26,723 bases of DNA from a virus (taxonomy: Duplodnaviria > Caudoviricetes). A program made the position numbers and the translations under genes. A model generated the notes under the pieces. It was not told the origin of the DNA. It did not search any database and saw only the letters and a program-made list of their open reading frames with translations. The DNA lies in IMG/VR virus record IMGVR_UViG_3300030107_005542, positions 1 to 26,723 of that record; one strand, written 5' to 3'. Shown here in pieces: positions 26,596-26,723 of the stretch (the first letter of the stretch is position 1; the number at the start of each line of letters is the position of its first letter).

Positions 26596-26723
26596 TTATC
26601 TAAGGTCGTCTATTTTATCTTCTATTCTATCTAAATCTTCTTTGATTTCTTCTACATCTTTTTGTGTATTTTGAATAGTCAATCTAATATTTTTATCTTT
26701 CATATCAAACTCCATACGAGTTA
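26596..26723 (-). CDS. 3' end of a coiled-coil hypothetical protein (5' end outside window)
   Basis: Manual translation ...TRMEFDMKDKNIRLTIQNTQKDVEEIKEDLDRIEDKIDDLR* with TAA at 26596-26598; heptad pattern. Confidence 0.7.
   Translation of the reverse strand, partial: TRMEFDMKDKNIRLTIQNTQKDVEEIKEDLDRIEDKIDDLR

Noticed and set aside
1-26723. tRNAs, introns/inteins, rho-independent terminators and promoters
   Set aside because: Intergenic gaps are at most about 30 bp with no GC-rich hairpins. No intein or homing-endonuclease motifs were recognised.

Overview
Very AT-rich, densely packed window. All credible genes lie on the minus strand with 0-30 bp spacers or TAATG overlaps, A-rich start contexts without a Shine-Dalgarno sequence, and TAA stops. 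Gene content and order fit the virion/late operon of a crAss-like (Crassvirales-type) podovirus probably infecting a Bacteroidota host. In transcription order: partial coiled-coil gene, two paralogous small beta-rich proteins, a secreted thioredoxin-fold protein lacking CxxC, putative holin, PG-binding/amidase endolysin, RNase H-like exonuclease, tail ring protein, IHF/HU-like protein, small hypothetical gene, tail tubular protein, 1679-aa tail stabilisation (muzzle) protein, then four large putative ejected cargo proteins. The last (1..4533, >1511 aa) runs off the left edge, is missing from the ORF track and carries a zincin HELGH motif. The main unexplained feature is that two cargo genes (1266 and 1557 aa) are arrays of unrelated modules (ADP-ribosyltransferase-like, LysM, T4-type lysozyme, GH73 and unknown cassettes) separated by a recurring [KQRN]-x-GG linker. 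This suggests a Gly-Gly-processed or Gly-Gly-tagged virion effector polyprotein system. There is also apparent avoidance of GGWCC. All assignments come from motif recognition by eye; no searches were run.
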